Assembly (NCBI GenBank): GCA_036679645.1
Contig: JAZDCY010000025.1
Span: forward strand, 1-49,289
Length of the DNA stretch: 49,289 nucleotides
Source of the DNA: Gemmatimonadota bacterium
GTDB lineage: Bacteria; Gemmatimonadota; Gemmatimonadetes; Gemmatimonadales; GWC2-71-9
Direction of reading: 5' to 3'
Shown: piece by piece, positions 30,247 to 40,445 of the stretch
How the letters are laid out: the number at the start of each line of letters is the position of its first letter
Numbering within the stretch: the stretch's first letter is position 1
Position numbers and translations under genes: made by a program
The notes under the pieces: generated by a model
Database searches by the model: none
Seen by the model: the letters and a program-made list of their open reading frames with translations, nothing else
Told to the model about the DNA's origin: nothing

Positions 30247-30906
30247 TCAGTTGTGTTCGGGAAAGGCGTCGGGTGAGATCAGTGGGACGAACCGACAGCC
30301 GCTCATCCGGTGTTCCGGAAACCCGGTGGGAGTGCGTTCAATTACGGCAAGATTCTGAAGATCGCGGTCGCCCACCGGGATGACGAGTCGTCCGCCAACG
30401 GCGAGTTGGCCGAGCAGCGCGGGCGGTGGCTGTGGGGCGGCGGCGGCCACGACGATTGCATCGTACGGTGCCGCTGTCACGTAGCCCGTTGCCCCGTCAC
30501 CGTCGAGTACAGTCACGTTTCTCACCCCGAGCGTTGCCAAACGTCGGCGCGCATCGTCCGCCAGAGCAGTGATTCGCTCGACCGACCAGACGTGCTCGGC
30601 CAGGTGGGCGAGGATTGCCGCCTGGTAGCCGCTCCCGGTGCCGATGTCGAGGACGCGGCTATGCCTGCCGACTGCCGCGGCTTCGGTCATCGCGGCGACG
30701 ATGTACGGTTGCGAGATGGTCTGCCCGTAGCCGATGCCGAGCGGTGTGTCCGCATACGCTTCCGCCGCCTGCTGCTTGCTGACGAACGCCTCACGTGGGA
30801 TCGATGCCATCGCCGCTAGCACGCGCTGGTTCGTCACGCCACGCGCGGCAATCTGCTTTCGCACCATGCGCCGCCGGGCGCGCGCGGTGGTGGTGCGCTG
30901 CCACAT
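30247..30906 (-). CDS. pcm: Protein-L-isoaspartate O-methyltransferase
   Basis: GQTISQPYIVA, VLDIGTGSGYQAA, APYDAIVVAAA, RFVPL. Confidence 0.96.
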   Translation of the reverse strand: MWQRTTTARARRRMVRKQIAARGVTNQRVLAAMASIPREAFVSKQQAAEAYADTPLGIGYGQTISQPYIVAAMTEAAAVGRHSRVLDIGTGSGYQAAILAHLAEHVWSVERITALADDARRRLATLGVRNVTVLDGDGATGYVTAAPYDAIVVAAAAPQPPPALLGQLAVGGRLVIPVGDRDLQNLAVIERTPTGFPEHRMSGCRFVPLISPDAFPEHN

Positions 30907-30912
30907 GGCCCG

Positions 30913-31611
30913 CTAGCCGCCGTCGCCGGGTACACGGCGGCGGAAGAGCCCGCCACGTTCCCGCGACGCGAGGGATTCCTCCGCCTCGGCGGCCCGTTGT
31001 TCGATCTCGACCTTCGAGCGACGCAGCCGTTCGACCAATTCGCGTTCCTTCTCGAGTTCGTCCCGTAAACTCGCGAGTCGGTCTTGCAGTCCTTCGGCAT
31101 CTGGTACGCTTGCCGCCGGCACGTCTGCGCTGTCGCGGACGGGCGGGAGGCTCCGCGTCGTCTGCTGTTCCAGGAGACCCGCTACCTCGCCGAGCACCGA
31201 ATGTTGGCGTTCGATCGCTTCACCTAGTCGCACGATCTCACGCGCCATCTGCCACATCACTTCCCTGCGCTCCCGTTCCCCGTCCAGCACCAACGCGAGC
31301 AGCTCTCCTTCCCCACCGCGTGGCAGCACCGGGGTGGCGAGAGGATAGGTCACGACCGGCTCGGCGGTCGGCGTCTCCTCGTCGCTGTCCGCGACGAGTA
31401 AGTCGACGATGTCGTCCCGCGTGAGGCCGTCGGCGTAAGCGGTGGCGATGGTGCGGAAGAGCGGCAGCGTCGTGCGAGGGTATCGTCGCCGGCGCCCCCT
31501 CCCGACAACGGGGAGGTAGTCGGCAAAACTGTCGCGGTGGTACCGGACGGTCGATTCCGGAATGTCGAGTGCCAACGCGATGGCCCTGAGGGTGAGTGGG
31601 AGAGCTGCCAT
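30913..31611 (-). CDS. MerR-like HTH protein with C-terminal coiled coil
   Basis: LTLRAIALALDIPESTVRYHRDSF..GRRRRY; heptad-rich tail. Confidence 0.75.
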   Translation of the reverse strand: MAALPLTLRAIALALDIPESTVRYHRDSFADYLPVVGRGRRRRYPRTTLPLFRTIATAYADGLTRDDIVDLLVADSDEETPTAEPVVTYPLATPVLPRGGEGELLALVLDGERERREVMWQMAREIVRLGEAIERQHSVLGEVAGLLEQQTTRSLPPVRDSADVPAASVPDAEGLQDRLASLRDELEKERELVERLRRSKVEIEQRAAEAEESLASRERGGLFRRRVPGDGG

Positions 31612-31664
31612 GGCAGGAAGATAAGGCGCTTTTGCGCGCACCACAGCGTGATCGAGCGGGTGGG

Positions 31665-32774
31665 CTAGTCGAGCGTCTTGCGAAACCTTCTGGTGCTGAG
31701 CGTGATGAGACCGACGGCAAACACCATGAGTGCCGCGATCTGTGGCCAGAGATGGGCCGCGTGGAGTCCCTTGAGCAGGATGCCCCGCAACACCTGCAGA
31801 TAGTAGGTCAGTGGGAGTGCGAGTCCCAGCCACTTCGCCAGGGGCGGCATCGCTTCACGAGGGAACATGAACCCCGAGAGGAGGATGTTGGGCAAGACGA
31901 AGAAGAAAGACAGCTGTAGCGCCTGCTGCTGTGTCTTTGTGACGGTCGACACGAGGAGCCCGACGCCCAACGTGGCGACGATGAATACCAACGTGATGAT
32001 GTAGAAGAGCAGGAGATTGCCGCTAATGGGAACGCGAAAGATGAGGCGACCGGCGAGGAGGACGACGGTAACCTGCACGTATCCCACGAGGACGTACGGC
32101 GCAATCTTACCGAGCATCAGCTCCACGCGGCTCAGCGGTGTCACGATCAGCTGCTCGAGCGAACCACGCTCCCGTTCGCGCACGATCGCCATGGAGGTGA
32201 CGGTGACGAGCGTGAGTGACAAGATGATGCCGATCAGTCCGGGGACGATGTTGTGGGCAGTCACGAGTCCGGGGTTGTATCGCGGCCGCACACGGACATC
32301 GATGGGCAACTGCGTATTGGTGCCCCTGCGCCGCAGCTCGCGAATCGACTCCGTGCGACCTACAGCGAGTGCTGACTGGATGGCGGCCTGGGATGCGAGT
32401 GGGTCGGTGGCATCGACGATCACCTGGACGGTCGCCTGACGGCCACGCGCAAGGTCACGTGGGTACGACCATGGGATGACGATGGCCGCGCGGGCACGCC
32501 CCGAGGCGAGGGCATCATCGAGCTCCGGTCGGCTCGCTACGGAGCCGACGATTCGGAAACTCGCGGTGTTGGCAAATGCATCCACCAGCGCGCGCGTCGT
32601 CTGTGTCCGCGCATTGTCCAGCACGACCGTGGGGAGGTGCTTTACGTCAGTCTGGATCGCGTAGCCGAACAGAAGGAGTTGAAAGATCGGGATGCCGATC
32701 ATGATGCCGAGCGTGAGCCGGTCGCGGCGCATCTGGATGAACTCCTTACGGATCATCGCCGCGAGCCGGCTCAT
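31665..32774 (-). CDS. ABC-2 exporter permease
   Basis: RKEFIQMRRD, VRERERGSLEQLIVTP, LSGFMFP. Confidence 0.93.
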   Translation of the reverse strand: MSRLAAMIRKEFIQMRRDRLTLGIMIGIPIFQLLLFGYAIQTDVKHLPTVVLDNARTQTTRALVDAFANTASFRIVGSVASRPELDDALASGRARAAIVIPWSYPRDLARGRQATVQVIVDATDPLASQAAIQSALAVGRTESIRELRRRGTNTQLPIDVRVRPRYNPGLVTAHNIVPGLIGIILSLTLVTVTSMAIVRERERGSLEQLIVTPLSRVELMLGKIAPYVLVGYVQVTVVLLAGRLIFRVPISGNLLLFYIITLVFIVATLGVGLLVSTVTKTQQQALQLSFFFVLPNILLSGFMFPREAMPPLAKWLGLALPLTYYLQVLRGILLKGLHAAHLWPQIAALMVFAVGLITLSTRRFRKTLD

Positions 32775-33508
32775 CGGGTTTCTCCGGTCTGTTCCTGAAG
32801 CTTGATGAAGACATCCTCCAACGTCATGGCTTTCCCAAAATGGCCGGCCACCTCGGCTGGTGTCCCCAGTGCGATCAACCGACCGTACATCATCATCGCC
32901 AGCCGGTCGCACCGTTCTGCCTCGTCCATGTAGTGCGTTGTGACGAGCACGGTCGTGCCGCGCTCCGCCAGCCGACTGATGATTGTCCAGAACGTGCGCC
33001 GGCTCGCCGGATCGACGCCTGCAGTCGGCTCGTCGAGAAAGAGAATGGGCGGTTCGTGCAGGATGGCGCTTGCGAGCGAGACTTTCTGTTTCCAGCCGCC
33101 AGAGAGCGTGCCCACCAGCTGGTCCCTCCGCCGTTCCAGGCCGAGAAACGACGCGATCTCGTCGACCCGCGCCGTGAGGTCGGACGCCCGCAGGCCATAG
33201 AGGGCACCGTAGAAGGTCATGTTCTCGCGCACCGTGAGATCGTCGTACAGGCCGAACCGTTGCGACATGTATCCGATCCGGCGGCGCACCGTCTCGGGGG
33301 CCTCGATGACGTCAACGTCGGCCACTCGTGCCGTGCCCGCCGAGGGACCGAGCAGCCCGCACAGCATCCGGATTATGGTCGTCTTCCCCGAGCCGTTGGG
33401 ACCCAGCAAGCCGAAGATCTCGCCCCGTTCGATCGACAGGGTGAGGCCATCGACGGCGAGCAGATCTCCGAAGCGGCGGGTCAGGTTGGAGGTCTCGACA
33501 GCGTGCAC
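32771..33508 (-). CDS. ABC exporter ATP-binding protein
   Basis: GPNGSGKTT, LSGGWKQ, FLDEPTAGVD. Confidence 0.95.
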   Translation of the reverse strand: MHAVETSNLTRRFGDLLAVDGLTLSIERGEIFGLLGPNGSGKTTIIRMLCGLLGPSAGTARVADVDVIEAPETVRRRIGYMSQRFGLYDDLTVRENMTFYGALYGLRASDLTARVDEIASFLGLERRRDQLVGTLSGGWKQKVSLASAILHEPPILFLDEPTAGVDPASRRTFWTIISRLAERGTTVLVTTHYMDEAERCDRLAMMMYGRLIALGTPAEVAGHFGKAMTLEDVFIKLQEQTGETR

Positions 33509-33513
33509 CGCGG

Positions 33514-34473
33514 TCAGGTGGCGAGGGGGATGATCAAGTCCACGGGCATGCCCGGTTTGAGGCGGCCCTGCGCATCGTCGATGCGGACCTTGATGCCGAA
33601 CACTAGATCTGCGCGCTCTCGCTCGGTGAGCGCGGCCCGGGGAATGAACGCCGCGTCGGGGTCGATCTCGGCAATCACGCCGGCGAAGGTAGTGTCGGGG
33701 TAACTGTCGATCGCAATGCGAACGTCGGTGCCGCGTCGTACGCGTCCAATGACATCTTGCCCAACGAAGGCGCGGATCCAGGGGTCGCCGACCACGCCGA
33801 GCGTCAGCACCGGAGTGCCGGCGCCGATCACCTCCCCGACCTCGGCCAGGCGGAGCAGGATCACTCCCGGTTGCGGCGCGGTCAGGGTCAGCTCGTCTCG
33901 GAGTGCGGTGAGCGAAGCGATGTATGCGCGGGCGGCCTCCGCGTCGCGGCGGGCCGCCAGCAGCGTCTGCTCGCGTGGCCCGGCCTCGAGGAGTGCCAGG
34001 TCCTCTCGCGCCTGCCGCGCACGGGCGGCGCTGGTCGTCGCCGCCGCGGCGGCCGCGTCTCGATCGGCTGCCGAAGCGGCGGTCGAGTCGTACAGGCGCG
34101 TGATGCGGGATGCGTCGAGCGCGGCCCGCGCGGAATCGGCGAGAGCACTCTCGAGTCCGGCGCGGGCACGCTCGAGTTCCTGCCTTCGCGCCCCCGCCGC
34201 CAGATCGCGTACGTGCGCGACAGCCGAGCGGTGTCTCGCGATGGCCTCGGCGATTCGTTCCTCGAGACCGGGTTGTGTGAGGACGGCAACGGTATCTCCG
34301 GTGCGAACCGAATCGCCCTCGTCCGCCACGAGCCGCGCTAACCGGCCGTCGACAAGGGGGGCGAGGTTGACCTCGCGGATCTCGATCGTGCCGGCCACGG
34401 TGATGGATGTTTCATCTCCGCCGCACGCGGCACCGCACAGGGCCAAAGCCATCCACGTGTATCCGGTTCTCAT
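33514..34473 (-). CDS. HlyD-family periplasmic adaptor (lipoprotein)
   Basis: Lipobox GAAC, lipoyl halves, LKPGMPVD. Confidence 0.9.
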   Translation of the reverse strand: MRTGYTWMALALCGAACGGDETSITVAGTIEIREVNLAPLVDGRLARLVADEGDSVRTGDTVAVLTQPGLEERIAEAIARHRSAVAHVRDLAAGARRQELERARAGLESALADSARAALDASRITRLYDSTAASAADRDAAAAAATTSAARARQAREDLALLEAGPREQTLLAARRDAEAARAYIASLTALRDELTLTAPQPGVILLRLAEVGEVIGAGTPVLTLGVVGDPWIRAFVGQDVIGRVRRGTDVRIAIDSYPDTTFAGVIAEIDPDAAFIPRAALTERERADLVFGIKVRIDDAQGRLKPGMPVDLIIPLAT

Positions 34474-35066
34474 CTGGCCTCCCTTGGCTCCAGAGCCCCG
34501 CAGACGATATCCGCCACATGGCGTTCGACGGCTCCCGGCAGGTTGGCGGGCAGCGCGACGCCTGCGATGTCCTGGATCTGCCGTCCTATCACCGCGAACC
34601 AGACCGATTGGGAGATGATGCTGAACGCCGCGAGGAAGGGCTCGATGGGCCGGAACCGGCCGGTGTCGATCCCGTCGCGGATCACTGTCTGAATGGCGGC
34701 GAGGTTGCGGCGCATGAACGGGACGGCCGGATCGGGCGGCGCCCCGCTTGCCACCTCGCGAATGACGAGGCGGGGGGCGTCCGGCGCATCGGCAAAAAAA
34801 CCAAAGAACGCAGCGACGATTCCGCGAAGCCGCGCTTCGGGGGTCCCGGGCGCCGTAGCGGCCGCCTCCGTCCGACGTGCGAGGTCGGCAAAGACGTGCT
34901 CGAGCACCGAGGCATAGAGCGCTTGCTTGGACCCGAAGTGGTACGTGACAGACCCCAGGTTGGCCCTGGCGTCCCGAGTGATCTCGCGGATGCTGGTGCC
35001 GTCAAACCCCTTGTCAGCGAATAGCTTTCTGGCGGAGTGCTGGAGGCGTGCGGCGGTATCATTCAT
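34470..35066 (-). CDS. TetR/AcrR-family regulator
   Basis: ARKLFADKGFDGTSIREI...VTYHFGSKQALY; start could be 35084. Confidence 0.92.
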   Translation of the reverse strand: MNDTAARLQHSARKLFADKGFDGTSIREITRDARANLGSVTYHFGSKQALYASVLEHVFADLARRTEAAATAPGTPEARLRGIVAAFFGFFADAPDAPRLVIREVASGAPPDPAVPFMRRNLAAIQTVIRDGIDTGRFRPIEPFLAAFSIISQSVWFAVIGRQIQDIAGVALPANLPGAVERHVADIVCGALEPREAR

Positions 35067-35080
35067 ACGTTTGTATGAAT
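35061..35080. promoter_or_regulatory. Probable TetR operator
   Basis: Perfect inverted repeat ATTCATAC-gttt-GTATGAAT overlapping the tetR start. Confidence 0.75.
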
Positions 35081-35116
35081 ACATGGTGCTACCTACCTGC
35101 GCAAGGGGGCTCCCTG

Positions 35117-36316
35117 CTACCTCGTCCTTCGCCGCACGAGCCAGTTGCGAGGATCGAGGGCGATCGTCTCCCCACCCCCGATATTCTCGCGGATCTGAAA
35201 CTCTACGTGAGGGCCTTCTTCGGTGGCCTGGCCGCCCGACGCTCCCACGACGTCGCCGGCCTGTACTACCTGGTCGCCCGTTACGGCGATGCGGGAGAGA
35301 TAGAGGTACAACGTGTAGTAGCCGCCACCGTGCTCGATCATGACGGTCGGGCCGTACGTCCCGAAGGCGCCGGCGAAGAACACCTGACCGGCTGCGACGG
35401 CCCGCATCTGGGTTCCGACCGGCGCTCGCACACCGACGCCGTCGTAGCGGATCGTCGTGTTGTCGGGGCCCGAGGCGCGTCCGTACCGGTAGAGGACGGG
35501 GCCATCGATGGGCCACGGAAGGGTCCCGCGCGATGCGCCCGTGATGCTCCCGGCGGTGACGGCGCGTCCATCGGCGAATGCTGCGCGGCGTCGGCGTTCG
35601 AGCGTTGCGATGATACCGTTGAGCTGCGTTTCAGCTGCTTGCAGCTCGGCAATTCGCTCAGTGGCCCGCGCCGCCGTCGTTCGAGTCTCGCGGAGGCTGC
35701 GCTGTCGTCGCCGCTCCAACCGCTGGACTCGCGTCAGTTCGCGGCCACGCTCATCCCTGGAACGGGTCAGTTCTCCCTGGATGACCGCCATCTGCTCCCG
35801 CTCCTCGGCGATCCGGTTGCGCAGGTCCTCGACTTCGTCGACCAGCGCCCGATCCTGGCGGGAGACCAGGACAAGGTATTTGTACCGGCTGAGCAAGTCG
35901 GCAAAACTCTGGGCGGCCAGCATGACCTCGAACGCCCTGGAGGGGCCGCGCTTGTAGATCTCAACGATGCGCCGCTGCTGGATGGCGCGTTTCTCGGCGA
36001 GCTCGTCTCCCGCAAGGAGCAGATCCAGCGTGACCGTGTCGAGTTGGCTGGTGAGCTGCGACATCTGCCGGTCCAGCTCGTTCACAATGCGGGTGGTCGC
36101 ACTCTTCTGGCGCTCGATGTTCACCAGTTCGCTAGAGATATCACGCAGCCGCCCGCGCAGGTTGGCGAGCTCCGATTCGAGCCCGTCCCGTTCGCCGCGG
36201 ATCGAGTCGAGACGCGCCTGGTTCTGTCGGATTTGCCTGTTCAGGTCGTTCTGCGCCCGCGCGCTCTGGGGAACCAGCGCGAGGGAGAGCGTCAGCCCAA
36301 GAGCCGCGGTGCGCAC
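35117..36316 (-). CDS. envC: EnvC-like murein hydrolase activator (coiled coil + degenerate M23)
   Basis: Follows ftsX; LPWPIDG, YDGVGV, EHGGGYYTLYLYL. Confidence 0.85.
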   Translation of the reverse strand: MRTAALGLTLSLALVPQSARAQNDLNRQIRQNQARLDSIRGERDGLESELANLRGRLRDISSELVNIERQKSATTRIVNELDRQMSQLTSQLDTVTLDLLLAGDELAEKRAIQQRRIVEIYKRGPSRAFEVMLAAQSFADLLSRYKYLVLVSRQDRALVDEVEDLRNRIAEEREQMAVIQGELTRSRDERGRELTRVQRLERRRQRSLRETRTTAARATERIAELQAAETQLNGIIATLERRRRAAFADGRAVTAGSITGASRGTLPWPIDGPVLYRYGRASGPDNTTIRYDGVGVRAPVGTQMRAVAAGQVFFAGAFGTYGPTVMIEHGGGYYTLYLYLSRIAVTGDQVVQAGDVVGASGGQATEEGPHVEFQIRENIGGGETIALDPRNWLVRRRTR

Positions 36317-37173
36317 TACACCCCCTTGATGTGCCGGCTGACGCTCACGGCGCTCGATACGAGACCAAGGGATGTCCCGAACAGCACTATGAAGCTCATC
36401 TGCAGAGGGCCGAAAAACTCGCCTTCGAGCAGGAGTCGGCTGACTACCAGGAACGCGCCATAGCAGAGCGCCACGGCCAGCCCGCCGCCTAGCGCGCCCT
36501 TGATCGCACCCTCCAGCAGGAACGGGCGCCGGATGAAGGAATCGGTGGCGCCCACCAGCCGCATGATTGAGATCTCGTGGGACCGGTGCAGCACGGTCAT
36601 GCGGATCGTCGTCCCGATGATGATTACCGACGCTGCCACAAAGGCGAGTCCGATCAGCGCGCCCACCGCGCTCGCGATGTCGCGCAGACGATCGAGTTTG
36701 GCAATCCAGTCCTGTCCGAACCGCACATCTTCCGCGAACCTGAAACCGCTGAGGCGGTCAGCGACATTGCGGACGTGCTCCTCGTCGCGAAATCCGGGAC
36801 GCACACTCACCTCGAGTGATGCGGGCAGCGGGTTCGTCTCGAGGTCCTCGAACACGCCACTGAACTCAGTGAGTTCGGTCCGCGCTCGCATGAGGGCATC
36901 TTCTTCGGTGACGTGGTGTACGGATTGCACTTCCGGGAAGTGCTCGATGTCGCCGATCGCAACAGTAATCACGTCGAGCGGCGTGCCACGCCGCAGGTAC
37001 ATCACGACCTCCACCCGCTCCTCGACCGTCTCGAGCGCAGTGCGCAGGTTCAGCGCGACGAGTCCGACGAGACTCACCACGAACAGCGCAAAGGCGATCG
37101 TTGTAATGGATAGCGCGGACAGTACGGGCGCGCGGCGGAACCCGAGCATGGCTTCCCGGACGACCAGCGCCAT
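36316..37173 (-). CDS. ftsX: Cell division permease FtsX
   Basis: NPLPASLEV, EISIMRLVGAT..FIRRPFLLEG. Confidence 0.95.
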   Translation of the reverse strand: MALVVREAMLGFRRAPVLSALSITTIAFALFVVSLVGLVALNLRTALETVEERVEVVMYLRRGTPLDVITVAIGDIEHFPEVQSVHHVTEEDALMRARTELTEFSGVFEDLETNPLPASLEVSVRPGFRDEEHVRNVADRLSGFRFAEDVRFGQDWIAKLDRLRDIASAVGALIGLAFVAASVIIIGTTIRMTVLHRSHEISIMRLVGATDSFIRRPFLLEGAIKGALGGGLAVALCYGAFLVVSRLLLEGEFFGPLQMSFIVLFGTSLGLVSSAVSVSRHIKGV

Positions 37174-37862
37174 CAGGCTTCCCCTTCGCCGGTGTCGTCC
37201 GTTGCCGAATCGAAGACGATGGCTCCCTGCTGCAACTCGATGGTACGGAACGATGTCTGCCGAACGATGTCGAGGTCGTGCGTAGCCATCATCACCGCGG
37301 TGCCATTGGCATTGATGTCGCGCAGGAGTTGGAACACGCCTCGTGTCGCCCGCTCGTCGAGGTTACCGGTGGGCTCGTCCGCCAACAGCACGAACGGGTC
37401 GTTCACGAGCGCGCGAGCTATGGCAACGCGTTGTTGCTCGCCGCCCGACAGCTCTGTAGGATAGGAGCGTGCCTTTGCCGCAAGACCAACTTGCGTGAGT
37501 ACACGGGTCACCTTGGGGGCAATCACCCCGCGTCGGGCGCCGGTTACCTCGAGCGCGAACGCAACGTTCTCCTCCGCGGTCCGGTCCTCGAGGAGTTGGA
37601 AGTTCTGAAACACAATGCCGAGACGCCGGCGCAGTTTGGGGACCTCGCGGCGCGAGAGCTTGGCTGTGCGGAACCCCGAAACACGGACCTCACCCTCGGT
37701 AGGCAGGTCCTGGGCGTAGATCAATCGTAGGACGGTGGATTTGCCCGCTCCTGAGTGGCCCGTGAGGAAAGCGAATTCGCCCTTCGAAATGTGAAAAGAC
37801 ACGTCGCGCAGAGCGAGCGTGCCTTTGCCGTAGGCCATGAACACCTTGTTGAACTTGATCAC
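37173..37862 (-). CDS. ftsE: Cell division ATP-binding protein FtsE
   Basis: GHSGAGKST, LSGGEQQRVAIARA, ADEPTGNLD; upstream of ftsX. Confidence 0.96.
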   Translation of the reverse strand: MIKFNKVFMAYGKGTLALRDVSFHISKGEFAFLTGHSGAGKSTVLRLIYAQDLPTEGEVRVSGFRTAKLSRREVPKLRRRLGIVFQNFQLLEDRTAEENVAFALEVTGARRGVIAPKVTRVLTQVGLAAKARSYPTELSGGEQQRVAIARALVNDPFVLLADEPTGNLDERATRGVFQLLRDINANGTAVMMATHDLDIVRQTSFRTIELQQGAIVFDSATDDTGEGEA

Positions 37863-37864
37863 GA

Positions 37865-39016
37865 CTATCCGCTAAGCGCCTGCTTGAAATCTGCCATCAG
37901 ATCGTTGGCGTCCTCGATCCCCAAGCTCACGCGGACGAAGCCGTCCGGTATGCCTTGGGCCGTACGCTCCGCCGGCGTGAAGCTGGCGTGCGACGTGAGC
38001 CGCGGTTCCGACACCAATGTCTCGACGCCACCGAGGCTCGGGGCGTGCTGCGCCAGCCTCAGGCGTTTCAGCATCTTCTCCGCGCCGCGCGCGCCACCCT
38101 TGATCTCGAGCCCCACCATGCCCCCGAAACCGTCGTACTGGTCTTTGGCGAGGGCGTGATCCTGGTGGTCGGGCAGGCCCGGATAGTGGACCGCTCGGAT
38201 GCCTGAGTGTGTGTCGGCCCACTGCGCGAACTTCATCCCGTTGGCGTTGTGGCGTTCCATCCGCACGGCCAGCGTTTTCAGCCCCCGATCGACGAGCCAG
38301 GCGGCATGTGGGTCCAGAGCCTGACCCCATAGCTGCATGAGCTGGCGCACCTCCTCGACAAAGGTCTCCGTCCCGGCGATGGCGCCCGCGATGACGTCGG
38401 AGTGTCCATTGAGGTACTTGGTCGCGCTGTGAATGACGACATCGGCCCCGTGCTCGAGTGGCCGGAAGTTGATTGGTGAGGCGAAGGTGGAATCGACCAG
38501 GAGTGCGATGCCCTTCTCTTGGCACAACTTGGTCAGAGGCTCCACGTCCACGATCCGCATGAGTGGGTTGGTCGGCGTCTCGACGAAGACGGCGCGCGTG
38601 CGACTCCGCAGGCGCCGCTTCCACGTCCGTGGCTTGGACGGATCGATATAGGTGACGTCGATCCCCAGGCGTCCAAACTCCCGGTCGAAGAGCTTGCGGG
38701 TGCCGCCGTAGATCCAGGCGGATGAGAGGAGATGATCGCCGGGGCTGAGGATGGCGAGATGCGCGAGTGCCGTTGCCCCCATCCCGCTGGCGAGGAAGAT
38801 TGCCGATTCTGCACCTTCCAGCGCGGCGAGGCGCTTAGCGATCTCGACCTGGTTGGGGTTGTTGCCGTACCGGGTGTACAGTACCTCCGCCCCCGATCCG
38901 ACGGGATTGAGGAACGTGCTGCTCTGGTAGATCGGGAACGAAACGGGCGCTCGCTCGGCCTTGTCTTCCGCGCTCGCGTGAATCGCGCGGGTAGAGAGGC
39001 CCTTGCGGCGGGTCAT
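37865..39016 (-). CDS. Cys/Met metabolism PLP enzyme (cystathionine gamma-synthase/lyase family)
   Basis: YTRYGNNPN, ASGMGA, ETPTNP, HSATKYLNGHSD, SLGGVETL. Confidence 0.93.
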   Translation of the reverse strand: MTRRKGLSTRAIHASAEDKAERAPVSFPIYQSSTFLNPVGSGAEVLYTRYGNNPNQVEIAKRLAALEGAESAIFLASGMGATALAHLAILSPGDHLLSSAWIYGGTRKLFDREFGRLGIDVTYIDPSKPRTWKRRLRSRTRAVFVETPTNPLMRIVDVEPLTKLCQEKGIALLVDSTFASPINFRPLEHGADVVIHSATKYLNGHSDVIAGAIAGTETFVEEVRQLMQLWGQALDPHAAWLVDRGLKTLAVRMERHNANGMKFAQWADTHSGIRAVHYPGLPDHQDHALAKDQYDGFGGMVGLEIKGGARGAEKMLKRLRLAQHAPSLGGVETLVSEPRLTSHASFTPAERTAQGIPDGFVRVSLGIEDANDLMADFKQALSG

Positions 39017-39558
39017 GCGCAGCGCAGCGGCTGGAAGCCGTTTGCCCCTTCACGGACGAGGCGGCGGGCGCACAACTCCTGGAGTGCGGCTGTGGCCGCT
39101 TCCGGCGGCACGGCGAGGCGCTGGGCGATTTCGTCGGCGGCCGTTCTGCCGTATCCCGAGGTGGTCAGAACGTCAAACGCATCCCTTGCTCGGTCGGGAA
39201 TGGACCCCAACACTCGCGGGGTGCCCGAGCGATCCTCGGCTACCACTGCCAGTTGGTGGCGTTCAAGGACGGGCTGCAGGGCATCTCGGTGGCCATCATC
39301 GACACCGACCAGCAGGAAGTACCTTGCGCTCCCGTACTGTAGCAAGAGCTTGCCCACGATCTCGTCCGCACAGGAGAGATCGAGACAACGCACCGTGCCG
39401 AAATCGATGACCGCAACCTCGGTATCGCAGTCGTCGAGCATCTCCTCGATCTCACTGCGCACTGCCTGTCCGGTCCGTCGCGTGACGAGGTCGCCGTACG
39501 GTCCAGAGACCGCGCGGCCCAGCACCTCTTTCAGGTCAATCCTTTGCATGACGGTCAT
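39013..39558 (-). CDS. STAS-like protein with C-terminal winged-helix-like region
   Basis: LVTRRTG, IDFGTVRCLDLSCADE; ATGA-coupled to both neighbours. Confidence 0.7.
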   Translation of the reverse strand: MTVMQRIDLKEVLGRAVSGPYGDLVTRRTGQAVRSEIEEMLDDCDTEVAVIDFGTVRCLDLSCADEIVGKLLLQYGSARYFLLVGVDDGHRDALQPVLERHQLAVVAEDRSGTPRVLGSIPDRARDAFDVLTTSGYGRTAADEIAQRLAVPPEAATAALQELCARRLVREGANGFQPLRCA

Positions 39559-40445
39559 TCGGTATGCGCCGGTATGATCATCAGTAATTGACTGCCAGGA
39601 AACTGCGGCAACTGATCCGCCAACGGCACGTCGTCGTCCCACGAAGGTACCATCGCGGCCCGCGCGGTGCCGCTGCGGATGGAGAACTTGCCCGACCAGC
39701 GGTTAAGGTAGCGCCGAATCCCGGCGATGCCCTGGCCACGTCCCGAGTCACGGAAGCGGCTGACACCCTGGATGAGAGCGGCCTCGAGTGCAGCCGCGTC
39801 CCCCCATCGATCTCCGAACCGTTTGGCCTGTGTGGACTCGAGTGACCTGCGGAAGCCCATTCCCGCGTCCGTCACCGCGATTACCACCACCCGACGGCCC
39901 AGGCGTTTCCGCCATGTGTAGGTCTGGACCGCCACCCAGCCTCCGGTGCCCGCGTGCTCCACAATATTCTGACACGCCTCCGAAAGCGCCATACCGAATC
40001 CCATGGTCGCCTGCGGATCAAGCCCCAGTTCGCCCGTTAGGATGGCGGCGGACCTGTCCTGGATGCGTCCCACGACGTCATGAACGTCGTCGGCTCCGCG
40101 GACGGCCGTCACCTCGAGCAGTACGTCGGAGTCTCCCCGGGCGTGCACGCGCGGGGCCTTGCCGTGCAACTCGAAGAACGCTTCGGCATGATCGACGAAC
40201 CCGGTCCGCGCCCAGTAATGGGCGACATCGCGGTCGCGCGGTAGCGTGAGGAGGGGCTTCTCGAGGCCCTGCTCGGCGACCGCCTGGCCTGCGGAGAGCA
40301 AGCCGAGCAGGCCAAACGGGGAAGCCCACTGGGCCGCGTGCGCGTCGAAGAGGAGGCGCGTGCCGGAGGGGTCCCCAAACGCCTTGGCGAACTGGTCGAA
40401 CGAGTGATCGTCGAAGTGTGCCGGGATCTCGACGACCCGCGTCAT
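39555..40445 (-). CDS. HATPase-fold ATP-binding protein (anti-sigma/RsbW-like)
   Basis: SEACQNIVEHA, VTDAGMG, GRGQGI, FPGSQ. Confidence 0.8.
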   Translation of the reverse strand: MTRVVEIPAHFDDHSFDQFAKAFGDPSGTRLLFDAHAAQWASPFGLLGLLSAGQAVAEQGLEKPLLTLPRDRDVAHYWARTGFVDHAEAFFELHGKAPRVHARGDSDVLLEVTAVRGADDVHDVVGRIQDRSAAILTGELGLDPQATMGFGMALSEACQNIVEHAGTGGWVAVQTYTWRKRLGRRVVVIAVTDAGMGFRRSLESTQAKRFGDRWGDAAALEAALIQGVSRFRDSGRGQGIAGIRRYLNRWSGKFSIRSGTARAAMVPSWDDDVPLADQLPQFPGSQLLMIIPAHTE

